Source of the DNA: Eledone cirrhosa
Lineage: Eukaryota
DNA: 64,000 bases
NCBI GenBank assembly: GCA_964016885.1
Contig: OZ024757.1
Location: 19,902,001-19,966,000 of the forward strand
Direction: 5' to 3'
In this document: piece after piece, positions 39,320 through 53,739 of the stretch
Position numbering within the stretch: position 1 is the first letter of the stretch
Layout of the letters: every line of letters starts with the position of its first letter
Notes under the pieces: generated by a model
What the model was told of the DNA's origin: nothing
What the model saw: only the letters and a program-made list of their open reading frames with translations
Databases searched by the model: none
Translations under genes and position numbers: made by a program

Positions 39320-40285
39320 GAGTTGCTGCTGGTGGTGATGATGCTGCTGCTAGTGCTATTACTGCTGCTGCTGGTGGTGGTGCTGTTAATATTGCTGCTG
39401 GTGGTGATGATGATGCTGCTAGTGCTATTACTATTGCTGCTGCAGCTGGTGGTGGTGCTGTTAATATTGCTGCTGGTGGTGATGATGGTGCTGCTGGTGC
39501 TATTACTATTGCTGCTGCAGCTGGTGGTGGTGCTGTTAATATTGCTGCTGGTGGTTGTGGCGGTGCTGCTAGTGCTATTACTATTGCTGCTGCTGGTGGT
39601 GGTGCTGCTAGTGCTATTACTATTGCTGCTGCTGGTGGTGGTAGTGGTGCTGCTAGTGCTATTACTATTGCTGCTGGTGGTGGTGGTGCTGCTAGTGCTA
39701 TTACTATTGCTGCTGGTGGTGGTGGTGCTGCTAGTGCTATTACTATTGCTGCTGCTAGTGCTATTACTATTGCTGCTGCTAGTGCTATTACTATTGCTGC
39801 TAGTGCTATTACTATTGCTGCTGCTAGTGCTATTACTATTGCTGCTGGTGGTGGTGGTGCTGCTAGTGCTATTACTATTGCTGCTGCTAGTGCTATTACT
39901 ATTGCTGCTGCAGCTGGTGGTGATGGTGGTGGTGGTGCTGCTAGTGCTATTACTATTGCTGCTGGTGGTAGTAGTGGTGCTGCTAGTGCTATTACTATTG
40001 CTGCTGTTGGTGGTGGTGCTGCTGCTACTATTGCTGCTGGTGGTGCTAGTGCTGCTACTATTGCTGCTGGTGGTGCTAGTGCTGCTACTATTGCTGCTGG
40101 TGGTGCTAGTGCTGCTACTATTGCTGCTGGTGGTGCTAGTGCTGCTACTATTGCTGCTGGTGGTGCTAGTGCTGCTACTATTGCTGGTGGTGGTGCTAGT
40201 GCTGCTACTATTGCTGCAGGTGGTGCTAGTGCTGCTACTATCGCTGCTGGTGGTGCTAGTGCTGCTACTATTGCAGCTGCTGTTG
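39320..40285. repeat. Compound trinucleotide (GCT/GGT/ACT) low-complexity array
   Basis: Long ORFs in three frames consist only of homopolymeric residues; 30-bp sub-period at 40020-40270. Confidence 0.9.
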
Positions 40286-40539
40286 TCAATCACAGCAGCA
40301 GTCATTAAGAGGACTATATACTTATTTGTGTTTTTAACCAATTTTAACGTCCGTATAGAGCTAGTAAGCCATGACAGACTGGAAAAAGATAGCAACATCC
40401 CCATGTAATTTAGGAAAACAAGATAATCATGTGTGTGTGTGCGTGTGCGTGTGTGCTTAAACAATTTAAACGTCCGTATAGAGTTGGTAAACCATAAGAC
40501 TTATAATTTAGAAACTACAAGATGTGTATGTGTATATAT

Positions 40540-40587
<48 letters not shown>

Positions 40588-40807
40588 TTTAATATAGAAG
40601 AGATTCTACAGGACTAGAACCGTTTCATTCGTGAGAAATCATAAAATTCCTGATGATTTCTCACAAATGAAGCAATTCTAGTTCTGTAGAATCTCTTCTA
40701 TATTAAAACTTTTATACTCTGCTATGTATTTAGTACCATAACTTACTGTGGTTACCTCCGATTCAACCCGGAATAACTGTATATATATAGATAAGTGTGT
40801 ATAGTTT

Positions 40808-43312
40808 TTGTCGATTGACTTCCAGAAACCTGCCAACCACCTAATAACCTACAAATCTGGCGAGCACATAAGCCAGATTGACTTCTTACTAGTTAGGCAG
40901 CGGGACAGGCAGATAGTTTCTAATACCAAGGCATACCCTGGAGAAGAATGTACCCCACAGCATAGGTTAGTCGTTAGTGATATCTCAGTAAGCAAGAGAT
41001 GGAATGAGACATACAGGAAGGTGTGGAGAAGAAAGGTCTAGAAGCTAAAAGACCTTTCACTAAAATACAAATTTAGGAAAGCCCTTCAAGATGTGTATGA
41101 CGAAAAAGAAGACGATTTAGAGACGTATGACATAGATAATAACTGGAATTTCTTACGTGACAATTTACCGCAGGCTACTGATGAAACTTGTGGCTGGAGC
41201 AGAGCTCCAACCAGACAGAGTGACCTGGTGGTGGAACAGCACAGTAGAAAAGGCCATTAGAGACAAAAGACTAGTATGGAAGGCTTGGAAAAAGGGTGGG
41301 AGTAGGGAAGAATATAAGCCGCGAAGAGAGAAGCTAGACGTCAGGTGTACTTAGCACGCAGGGAGGCTGAGAGTAGGAGGTTTGCCAATGTTCTGCGACG
41401 GGAAGATCAGAAGTGTGCGGTGTTCCACATTGCAAGGCAGTGTGTCAATGCAAATCAGGATGTTGTTGGAGATAAATGTGTCCGGAATGATGCCGGTGTA
41501 CTTAGTGTCACAAATGATCAGAAAAAGGAGGCCTGGAAATGTCATTATGAGAGACTGATGAATGTGGAGAACGAATGGGAGAGAGAGAAATTACCCTCAG
41601 TAGATCCGACAGAGGGACCAGCTATTGAGATTGACGAATATAGGGTCCAAGAGGCGATTAAGGAAATGAAAAATGGTAAGGCTGCTGAACCATCGGGAAT
41701 AGTTGCTGAGATGCTGAAGGCATCAGGGGACGTACGCACTAAACTGGTTGCACGCATCATCAATCAGGCTATATATGGTGGTGTCATACCCAAAGACTGG
41801 TGCAGCAGTATTCTCATAAATTGCTACAAAAGTAAAGGGGATGCTCTGGAGCGGAGCAATTATAGGGGTATAAAACTGGTGGATCAGGTTATGAAAGTGG
41901 CAGAAAGGATATTAGCACAACTAATTAGAGAAAGGATCAAACTAGATGAGATGCAGTTTGGTTTTGTGCCTGGGAAGAGTACAACAGATGCCCTCTTCTT
42001 GGTGAGACAATTGGAAGAGAGGTTCTTAGAGAAAAATAAGCCACTATACTTAGCCTTTGTTGACCTAGAGAAGGCCTTTGAAAGGGTATCCCGATCTGTC
42101 ATCTGGTGGTCCCTAAGGAAACAAGGTGTGGAGGAATGGCTTGTGAGGACAGTGCAAACTTTGTACAGGGTGCTGTCAGTAAAGTGAGGGTAGGAATGGA
42201 GTTTAGTGAGGAATTCCAGATACAAGTAGGAGTACATCAGGGTTTGGTCCTCAGCCCGCTCTTGTTCATTATAGTCCTCCAAGCCATAACAGAGGAGTTT
42301 AAGACTGGCTGTCCATGGGAACTTCTCTATGCTGACGATCTGGTTCTTATAGCAGAATCAGTAGAGGAGCTAGAGAATAAATTCTGGCTATGGAAACAGC
42401 AGTTGGAAGCAAGAGGACTGAGAGTGAACCTAGCTAAGACAAAAGTGTTGATGAGTAGAAAAGAGGACAAAACTCTAATTCCGTCAGGGAATGGCCATGT
42501 TCGATATGCAGAAAAGGAACTGGCATAAATGCAAACAATGCAGATCCTGGGTACACAAGAGATGTAGCGGGATAGCAGGCAAACTAACAGGTAGGGAGAA
42601 ATATGTATGCAGTAGATGTACAGGGAAATTAGACAGTAGAAGTCGCATTGATAGACACATTTTTAAAATGCAGGCGGGTGCTATACAAGTGGTGGATAGC
42701 TTCCGGTACCTAGGAGATCAGATTAGCATGGGATGGGGGGTGTTCCGAGGCCATAGTATCTAGAATAAGGACGGGTTGAAAGAAGTTTAGGGAGCTGCTT
42801 CCTCTGCTGACAAAGAAGGGTTTCTCCCTGCATACGAAAGGCCGGTTATATGATGTTGTGTGAGGAGAGCGATGCTGCATGGTAGTGAGACATGGGCAGC
42901 AACTGCAGAGGATATGCAACGGCTGGAGAGAAATGAGGCAAGCATGCTCCGTTGGATGTGCAGTGTCAATGTGCATGAACGACCCAGCATGAATGTGTTG
43001 AGAGAGAAACTGTGTCTGAGAAGGATAGAATGTAGTGTACGGGAGAGGAGACTGAGGTGGTATGAACATGTGATGCACATGGAGGATGACCGATGGGTGA
43101 AGAAACGCCAGGAAATGCCAATTGAAAGAAGACATGGTAGAGGAAGACCACGAAAAACATGAGCGGATGTGGTGAGAACAGACCTAAGATTGCTGAAGCT
43201 CACGGTGGAGATGACGAAGGACCGTGACAAGTGGAGAGATGCTGTACTGAATAAGACCCGTCCCACCATTGCAAGCAGGGAAGAGCGGACGTAAAATGAT
43301 GATGATGATGAT
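40808..43312 (+). mobile_element. 5'-truncated RTE-clade LINE (APE C-terminus, RT, 3' tail), inactivated by frameshifts and stops
   Basis: SQIDFLLV/QHRLVV (APE), NYRGIKL, QFGFVPGKSTTDA, FVDLEKAF, GVHQG.VLSP, LYADDLV, RRLRWY.HV, GRPRKT, (gat)n tail. Confidence 0.95.
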
Positions 43313-43542
43313 CTATATATATAGGTGTATATATATGTAGATTTTTTTTTTTTTTTTTGTAGATCAACTTTCGTCAAATCGGACCGAGGAAACAATGTTT
43401 CTGTTGGTCTTTCCAATTGCTAGTACTATCTAGCGGTCCCAACGTGAAATAAAGTGTCTTGCTCAAGGACATAATGCATCACACGGTCCATGAATCGAAC
43501 TGACAACCTCACGATTGCAATATATATATATATATAAATATA

Positions 43543-43901
43543 CTAGCTGACGTACCCAGCATCGCCCGGGTAGACAGATGATAAGAGAAGACAGGTAGAA
43601 GAGAAAATGACTGTATTGGATGTTTGTCTGGTTACAGTATGAGGCGAGTCCGTGGTGTCCATGTGATACAAAAAACAGTAAAAGAAATCTTCCAGATATA
43701 CCAGACTCTTTGTTGTACCGTTTGTGCATAGTATATGAACAATACTAGGTGCGGCCACCTAGAATAGTGACCTCTAGGAGATGGTTCATCTTCTGCCTGA
43801 CTGTAAAATGTATATCAATGTATAGACGTGGTTGTTCCACGTTTCTCAAAAGGATGATGGAAGTTCCAATCTTTTATATTATATGTAGATATAGATATAG
43901 A
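43543..43901 (-). mobile_element. Non-autonomous Helitron
   Basis: Minus-strand 5' TCTATATCTATATCTACATATAATATAAAAG; 3' hairpin tacccgggcgatgctgggta then CTAG|T. Confidence 0.75.
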
Positions 43902-43904
43902 TAA

Positions 43905-44387
43905 TTAATATAAAAGATGATGCTCAGCCAGTTCGTCTTCAACCATCGCAGCACGCCGTCGCTGCTTGGCTCCAGTGTTTCGTTGGCGTTGTTCAGCCAG
44001 CTCATCTTCATTCATGACGGCACATCTTCGCCTCTGAAGTTCGGCGTTCCGATGGCGCTGTTCAGACCATTTTTCTTCATTCCTGGCTGCACGCCGTCGC
44101 CACTGTAGTTCACTGTTTGATAACGTCAAATTGCTTTTACTTTCTGTGGAACACTGCACGCATGCACACACACACATAAACATAAGCGCACGTACATACA
44201 CACGCACACATGGTAATAGTTACAGCATTCACTTTGCCTTTCTTACTCTCCTCCGTCACTGCCTCATTGACATTATGCATATTAATTTAAGTTTGACGTT
44301 GTTGAGGTGGGCGGAGTCGTTTAAAACCTATGAACCAATGATAATCGAGAATTATCACACACGGAATACTGACATTGTTGAAATTAA

Positions 44388-44390
<3 letters not shown>
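43905..44390 (-). mobile_element. Helitron 5' fragment with charged N-terminal RepHel-like repeats
   Basis: Repeated RRRAA.NEDELAEQRQRN peptide, resembling the R/E-rich repeats at Helitron ORF N-termini; adjacent to the Helitron above. Confidence 0.5.
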
Positions 44391-45742
<1,352 letters not shown>

Positions 45743-46061
45743 ACATGAGGGTGGAGGGCAACACCTGGATGGCTGGATGGTTAGTTGGTTGACTGATTCA
45801 ATGATATATTCGACTGAGGAGGGTGGGCACAGATCGATATATTCTAAGCAGAGCTGTTAACATGTAAATCAGTGTCAACAGATTTTCAGCGCAGGCTGTT
45901 TATTTACCAGCATGAAGGTAAAACTCCATAGAAACGAAGGGAGGTTAACCAGAGACCTCCTCAGAGATAGTTTGTCTTCAATAGAGGGGTGTGCAGAAGG
46001 AGCTATACACATACAATACATATATATATATATATGCATATATATATATATATATATAGAA

Positions 46062-46270
46062 GGCATGTGGCTGAGTGGTTAGAGAATTGGATTCGCAATC
46101 GTAAGGTTGTGAGTTCGATTCCTGGACCAGGCGATGCGTTATGTCCTTGAGCAAGACACTTTATTTCACGTTGCTCCTTCTACCTGGAGTTGCGACCGAT
46201 AGATAGTATTAGCAATTGGAAAGACCAACGGAAACATTGTTCCCTCGGTCCGATTTGACGAAAGTCGATC
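46062..46270 (+). mobile_element. tRNA-derived CORE-like SINE with an alternative tail (also 31150-31375 on -, 43360-43520 on -)
   Basis: A-box tggctgagtgg, B-box gttcgattcc, ccttgagcaagacactt, tail agcaattggaaagaccaac...ggtccgatttg. Confidence 0.75.
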
Positions 46271-46878
46271 GTTCCTATATATATAAACAATGAGTTATTT
46301 AATTTGTTGATTATTCAACAAAGTTAATTTATAACATGAGAAGCACTCAACAGGATTTAGCCATTGGGGTCCTGACTCTTTTCCTATAGTAGTAGGTGGC
46401 CGTGTGAGTAGTTGTCGTGTATCTATGCGTGCTTTATGTACGTATAGATTGAAGGTAGGGTTTCAATCTCCTTTGTCTAAAATAATTTTATTTTAAAATT
46501 TAAATAATGTTTTGTTTCCTTCAGCAAGACACTTTATTTCACATTGCTCCAGTTTACTCAGCTTCAGTTTACTGCAAAGTGGTCGTGGAGGTGCCACAGC
46601 AAAAAAGCACACAGCCCACACTGTAAAGTGGACGTGTAGGCGCCACGGGCGAAAAAAGGCACCCAGCACTCTCTGTAAATGAGGTTGGTGTTAGGAAGAG
46701 CATCCAGCTGTAGAAATCAAGCCAGAATCAGTTCCCGTCCCACCCTTGCAAGCAGGGAAGAGCGGATGTAAAATGATGATGATATATATATATATTAAGT
46801 TTGAGTTTTCTCAAGTTAATCACTACCTTGATTAAATCTTAACCATTTAACATGTCAGGGTATGTCATGTATCATTTT

Positions 46879-46944
46879 ATTTTATCTGATGAGGACGTAC
46901 TATTGAACTTGATTCAAGTACTTCTGAAAATTGTATAATAAAAT
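46879..46944 (+). ncRNA. Degenerate type-I hammerhead motif
   Basis: attttat-CTGATGA-g..gtact..ttgaa(cttga)ttcaagtac..-GAAA-attgta-TA-ataaaat. Confidence 0.6.
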
Positions 46945-47223
46945 TTAATTGATCACAAGAACATCTATTTTATTAATATTTGAATTTTATATATATATAT
47001 ATTTTAATAAATATATATATATATATATATATATAACGAAGGAAATGTGGTAAGGAACCAGATGGACCATAACGCACCAAAGTACTCAATACTTAGGGTA
47101 GTAGAGTGGGTAATAGGAACAAGTAGGACCCCGACGGCTGAGCTCAAGCCGTTTCGACGGCTAATTCTGGACATAATTAGCCGTCGAAACGGCTTGAGCT
47201 CAGCCATTGGGGTCCTACTTGTT

Positions 47224-47287
<64 letters not shown>

Positions 47288-47486
47288 TACACACACACAC
47301 ACAGATCTGTCAAATCTCCCCATCGAATGGGGAAGATCTCTCACCCACTCCAAAGTGGGTGAGAGATGTCTTCTCTTGTGAAAATGGGTTTAGCTTTCAT
47401 TATGTAAAATCTTCCCATTTTGCCTCATTTCTCTGTTTGGGGGTTAATATGGGGGTGTTTCTGTCTGGTTTTCTACAGTTGGATGC

Positions 47487-47518
<32 letters not shown>

Positions 47519-47519
47519 C

Positions 47520-47558
<39 letters not shown>

Positions 47559-47619
47559 AACTAAAATATGACACTCTTTCAGGAATATTTTCATATTTTC
47601 AGATCTAAAATAATCTTTA

Positions 47620-47621
47620 AT

Positions 47622-47674
<53 letters not shown>

Positions 47675-47756
47675 TATAGAGAGAGGGAGAGAGACAGAGA
47701 GATAGCATCACCACTACTACCACCCCTTCCACTCAATCCCACCACCACCACCTCCA

Positions 47757-47801
<45 letters not shown>

Positions 47802-47883
47802 TATAGAGAGAGGGAGAGAGACAGAGAGATAGCATCACCACTACTACCACCCCTTCCACTCAATCCCACCACCACCACCTCCA

Positions 47884-47932
<49 letters not shown>

Positions 47933-48008
47933 GAGAGAGGGAGAGAGAGAGAGATAACATCACCACTACTACCACCCCTTCCACTCAATCCCACCACCAC
48001 CACCTCCA

Positions 48009-48044
<36 letters not shown>

Positions 48045-48117
48045 AGAGGGAGAGAGAGAGAGATAGCATCACCACTACTACCACCCCTTCCACTCAATCC
48101 CACCACCACCACCTCCA

Positions 48118-48169
<52 letters not shown>

Positions 48170-48248
48170 AGAGAGAGAGGGAGAGAGATAGAGATAACAT
48201 CACCACTACTACCACCCCTTCCACTCAATCCCACCACCACCACCTCCA

Positions 48249-48299
<51 letters not shown>

Positions 48300-48375
48300 G
48301 AGAGAGGGAGAGAGAGAGAGATAGCATCACCACTACTACCACCCCTTCCACTCAATCCCACCACCACCACCTCCA

Positions 48376-48420
<45 letters not shown>

Positions 48421-48496
48421 GAGAGAGGGAGAGAGAGAGAGATAGCATCACCACTACTACCACCCCTTCCACTCAATCCCACCACCACCACCTCCA

Positions 48497-48541
<45 letters not shown>

Positions 48542-48617
48542 GAGAGAGGGAGAGAGAGAGAGATAGCATCACCACTACTACCACCCCTTCCACTCAATCC
48601 CACCACCACCACCTCCA

Positions 48618-48662
<45 letters not shown>

Positions 48663-48740
48663 GAGAGAGGGAGAGAGAGAGAGAGATAGCATCACCACTA
48701 CTACCACCCCTTCCACTCAATCCCACCACCACCACCTCCA

Positions 48741-48787
<47 letters not shown>

Positions 48788-48863
48788 GAGAGAGGGAGAG
48801 AGAGAGAGATAACATCACCACTACTACCACCCCTTCCACTCAATCCCACCACCACCACCTCCA

Positions 48864-48898
<35 letters not shown>

Positions 48899-48974
48899 GA
48901 GAGAGGGAGAGAGAGAGAGATAACATCACCACTACTACCACCCCTTCCACTCAATCCCACCACCACCACCTCCA

Positions 48975-49015
<41 letters not shown>

Positions 49016-49093
49016 GAGAGAGGGAGAGAGAGAGAGAGATAACATCACCACTACTACCACCCCTTCCACTCAATCCCACCACCACCACCTCCA

Positions 49094-49140
<47 letters not shown>

Positions 49141-49216
49141 GAGAGAGGGAGAGAGAGAGAGATAGCATCACCACTACTACCACCCCTTCCACTCAATCCC
49201 ACCACCACCACCTCCA

Positions 49217-49265
<49 letters not shown>

Positions 49266-49343
49266 GAGAGAGGGAGAGAGAGAGAGAGATAACATCACCA
49301 CTACTACCACCCCTTCCACTCAATCCCACCACCACCACCTCCA

Positions 49344-49376
<33 letters not shown>

Positions 49377-49452
49377 GAGAGAGGGAGAGAGAGAGAGATA
49401 ACATCACCACTACTACCACCCCTTCCACTCAATCCCACCACCACCACCTCCA

Positions 49453-49503
<51 letters not shown>

Positions 49504-49579
49504 GAGAGAGGGAGAGAGAGAGAGATAACATCACCACTACTACCACCCCTTCCACTCAATCCCACCACCACCACCTCCA

Positions 49580-49630
<51 letters not shown>

Positions 49631-49706
49631 GAGAGAGGGAGAGAGAGAGAGATAACATCACCACTACTACCACCCCTTCCACTCAATCCCACCACCACCA
49701 CCTCCA

Positions 49707-49755
<49 letters not shown>

Positions 49756-49831
49756 GAGAGAGGGAGAGAGAGAGAGATAACATCACCACTACTACCACCC
49801 CTTCCACTCAATCCCACCACCACCACCTCCA

Positions 49832-49882
<51 letters not shown>

Positions 49883-49958
49883 GAGAGAGGGAGAGAGAGA
49901 GAGATAGCATCACCACTACTACCACCCCTTCCACTCAATCCCACCACCACCACCTCCA

Positions 49959-50009
<51 letters not shown>

Positions 50010-50085
50010 GAGAGAGGGAGAGAGAGAGAGATAACATCACCACTACTACCACCCCTTCCACTCAATCCCACCACCACCACCTCCA

Positions 50086-50136
<51 letters not shown>

Positions 50137-50212
50137 GAGAGAGGGAGAGAGAGAGAGATAACATCACCACTACTACCACCCCTTCCACTCAATCCCACCA
50201 CCACCACCTCCA

Positions 50213-50261
<49 letters not shown>

Positions 50262-50337
50262 GAGAGAGGGAGAGAGAGAGAGATAACATCACCACTACTA
50301 CCACCCCTTCCACTCAATCCCACCACCACCACCTCCA

Positions 50338-50388
<51 letters not shown>

Positions 50389-50464
50389 GAGAGAGGGAGA
50401 GAGAGAGAGATAGCATCACCACTACTACCACCCCTTCCACTCAATCCCACCACCACCACCTCCA

Positions 50465-50513
<49 letters not shown>

Positions 50514-50589
50514 GAGAGAGGGAGAGAGAGAGAGATAACATCACCACTACTACCACCCCTTCCACTCAATCCCACCACCACCACCTCCA

Positions 50590-50642
<53 letters not shown>

Positions 50643-50718
50643 GAGAGAGGGAGAGAGAGAGAGATAGCATCACCACTACTACCACCCCTTCCACTCAATC
50701 CCACCACCACCACCTCCA

Positions 50719-50761
<43 letters not shown>

Positions 50762-50837
50762 GAGAGAGGGAGAGAGACAGAGATAACATCACCACTACTA
50801 CCACCCCTTCCACTCAATCCCACCACCACCACCTCCA

Positions 50838-50892
<55 letters not shown>

Positions 50893-50968
50893 GAGAGAGG
50901 GAGAGAGACAGAGATAACATCACCACTACTACCACCCCTTCCACTCAATCCCACCACCACCACCTCCA

Positions 50969-51021
<53 letters not shown>

Positions 51022-51097
51022 GAGAGAGGGAGAGAGAGAGAGATAGCATCACCACTACTACCACCCCTTCCACTCAATCCCACCACCACCACCTCCA

Positions 51098-51144
<47 letters not shown>

Positions 51145-51220
51145 GAGAGAGGGAGAGAGAGAGAGATAACATCACCACTACTACCACCCCTTCCACTCAA
51201 TCCCACCACCACCACCTCCA

Positions 51221-51269
<49 letters not shown>

Positions 51270-51345
51270 GAGAGAGGGAGAGAGAGAGAGATAACATCAC
51301 CACTACTACCACCCCTTCCACTCAATCCCACCACCACCACCTCCA

Positions 51346-51392
<47 letters not shown>

Positions 51393-51468
51393 GAGAGAGG
51401 GAGAGAGAGAGAGATAACATCACCACTACTACCACCCCTTCCACTCAATCCCACCACCACCACCTCCA

Positions 51469-51515
<47 letters not shown>

Positions 51516-51591
51516 GAGAGAGGGAGAGAGAGAGAGATAACATCACCACTACTACCACCCCTTCCACTCAATCCCACCACCACCACCTCCA

Positions 51592-51634
<43 letters not shown>

Positions 51635-51740
51635 GAGAGAGGGAGAGAGAGAGAGATAACATCACCACTACTACCACCCCTTCCACTCAATCCCACCACC
51701 ACCACCACCACCACCACCACCACCACCACCACCACCAAAC
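47620..51740. repeat. ~120-130-bp compound satellite: (TG)n-(AG)n-CCA-rich unit, ~33 copies
   Basis: Invariant spacer catcaccactactaccaccccttccactcaatcccaccaccaccacctccaa between variable (TG)n and (AG)n blocks. Confidence 0.95.
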
Positions 51741-51968
51741 TGCCGCCACAATTCCAAAACATAGTAAATCTCAGCAGCAGAGAGAGAGAGAGAGAGAGAG
51801 AATATATCAGACGTCCACCATATTGGAAAATTCTCCGAATGCTACAGGTGAGGAAGGAATGGTAAACACCATTATTGAGAACAGCAGCAGCAACAGTAGC
51901 AGCAGCAGTAGCAACAACAGCAACAACAACAACAGCAGCAGCAGCAACAGTAGCAGCAGCAACAACAA

Positions 51969-52000
<32 letters not shown>

Positions 52001-52017
52001 GTAGCAGCAACAACAGT

Positions 52018-52048
<31 letters not shown>

Positions 52049-52157
52049 GCAGCAACAGTAGTAGCAGCAACAGTAGCAGCAACAGCAGTAGTAGAAGCAG
52101 CAGCATCAAGGAAGAAGGCGAAGACAGGGAGGGGGAGAGGAAAATTAAAAAGACATT

Positions 52158-53400
52158 CTTTTACTGGTTTCACTCCTTAGGCAGTGGCCATGCTGGGGCA
52201 CTGACTGGATTTAGTCAATCACATCAACCCCAGTACTTTTACTGGTTTCAGTCATTAGACTGTGACCATGCTGGGGCACTGACTGGATTTAGTCAATCAC
52301 ATCAACCCCAGTACTTTTACTGGTTTCAGTCATTAGACTGTGACCATGCTGGGACACTGACTGGATTTAGTCAATCACATCAACCCCAGTACTTTTACTG
52401 GTTTCAGTCATTAGACTGTGACCATGCTGGGACACTGACTGGATTTAGTCAATCACATCAACCCCAGTACTGTTTTACTGGTTTCAGTCATTAGACTGTG
52501 ACCATGCTGGGGCACTGACTGGATTTAGTCAATCACATCAACCCCAGTACTGTTTTACTGGTTTCAGTCATTAGACTGTGACCATGCTGGGGCACTGACT
52601 GGATTTAGTCAATCACATCAACCCCAGTACTTTTACTGGTTTCAGTCATTAGACTGTGACCATGCTGGGGCACTGACTGGATTTAGTCAATCACATCAAC
52701 CCCAGTACTGTTTTACTGGTTTCAGTCATTAGACTGTGACCATGCTGGGGCACTGACTGGATTTAGTCAATCACATCAACCCCAGTACTGTTTTACTGGT
52801 TTCAGTCATTAGACTGTGACCATGCTGGGGCACTGACTGGATTTCGTCAATCACATCAACCCCAGTAGTTTTACTGGTTTCAGTCATTAGACTGTGACCA
52901 TGCTGGGGCACTGACTGGATTTCGTCAATCACATCAACCCCAGTAGTTTTACTGGTTTCAGTCATTAGACTGTGACCATGCTGGGGCACTGACTGGATTT
53001 CGTCAATCACATCAACCCCAGTACTTTTACTGGTTTCAGTCATTAGACTGTGACCATGCTGGGGCACTACCTTGATTTAGTCAATCACATCAACCCCAGT
53101 AGTTTTACTGGTTTCAGTCATTAGACTGTGACCATGCTGGGGCACTGACTGGATTTCGTCAATCACATCAACCCCAGTAGTTTTACTGGTTTCAGTCATT
53201 AGACTGTGACCATGCTGGGGCACTACCTTGATTTAGTCAATCACATCAACCCCAGTAGTTTTACTGGTTTCAGTCATTAGACTGTGACCATGCTGGGGCA
53301 CTGACTGGATTTAGTCAATCACATCAACGCCAGTACTGTTTGTTTTACTGGTTTCAGACATGACTGAGGCCACGCTGGGGCATTACCTTGATTTAGTCAG
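52158..53400. repeat. 78-80-bp minisatellite (~16 copies)
   Basis: ttttactggtttcagtcattagactgtgaccatgctggggcactgactggatttagtcaatcacatcaaccccagtac. Confidence 0.92.
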
Positions 53401-53507
53401 TCATATCAGACTATTTGTTTCATGTTTGCTATTTTATTTAATCGACGTTTTTTTTTGTGTGACAAACCCCTAAGTAACGAAACATGACAGACACACATGC
53501 GTATATA

Positions 53508-53666
53508 CGGGGCCATCTTAACGCATGGGCACGCTGGGCAGTTGCCCGGGGGCCCTACGAGGATAGGAGGCCCATTTGTATTTTTATTCCTTCGAGTGGT
53601 TGTGTAGGTAGGGGCCCCAGTGCTCTGCTTTGCCCAGGGGCTTATAATGCTGTTAAGAAGGCCCTG
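53508..53666. mobile_element. hAT-like MITE
   Basis: Imperfect 15-bp TIRs cggggccatcttaac / gttaagaaggccctg, GC-rich 159-bp body, inserted in a TA-rich site. Confidence 0.65.
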
Positions 53667-53739
53667 TATATATATATATATATATATGTATACCCACACG
53701 CCTCCCCAGCCAAAGACCCAGCCCATACTAGAGTGTTTG

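Noticed and set aside
39285-40464. Overlapping 334-388-aa ORFs (Ala/Pro-, Ser/Thr- and Leu/Val-rich)
   Set aside because: Trinucleotide low-complexity DNA open in several frames on both strands; no domain or splice support.
47617-52494. Many CV/HT/poly-H ORFs
   Set aside because: Artefacts of the compound satellite and CAG/CAA repeats.
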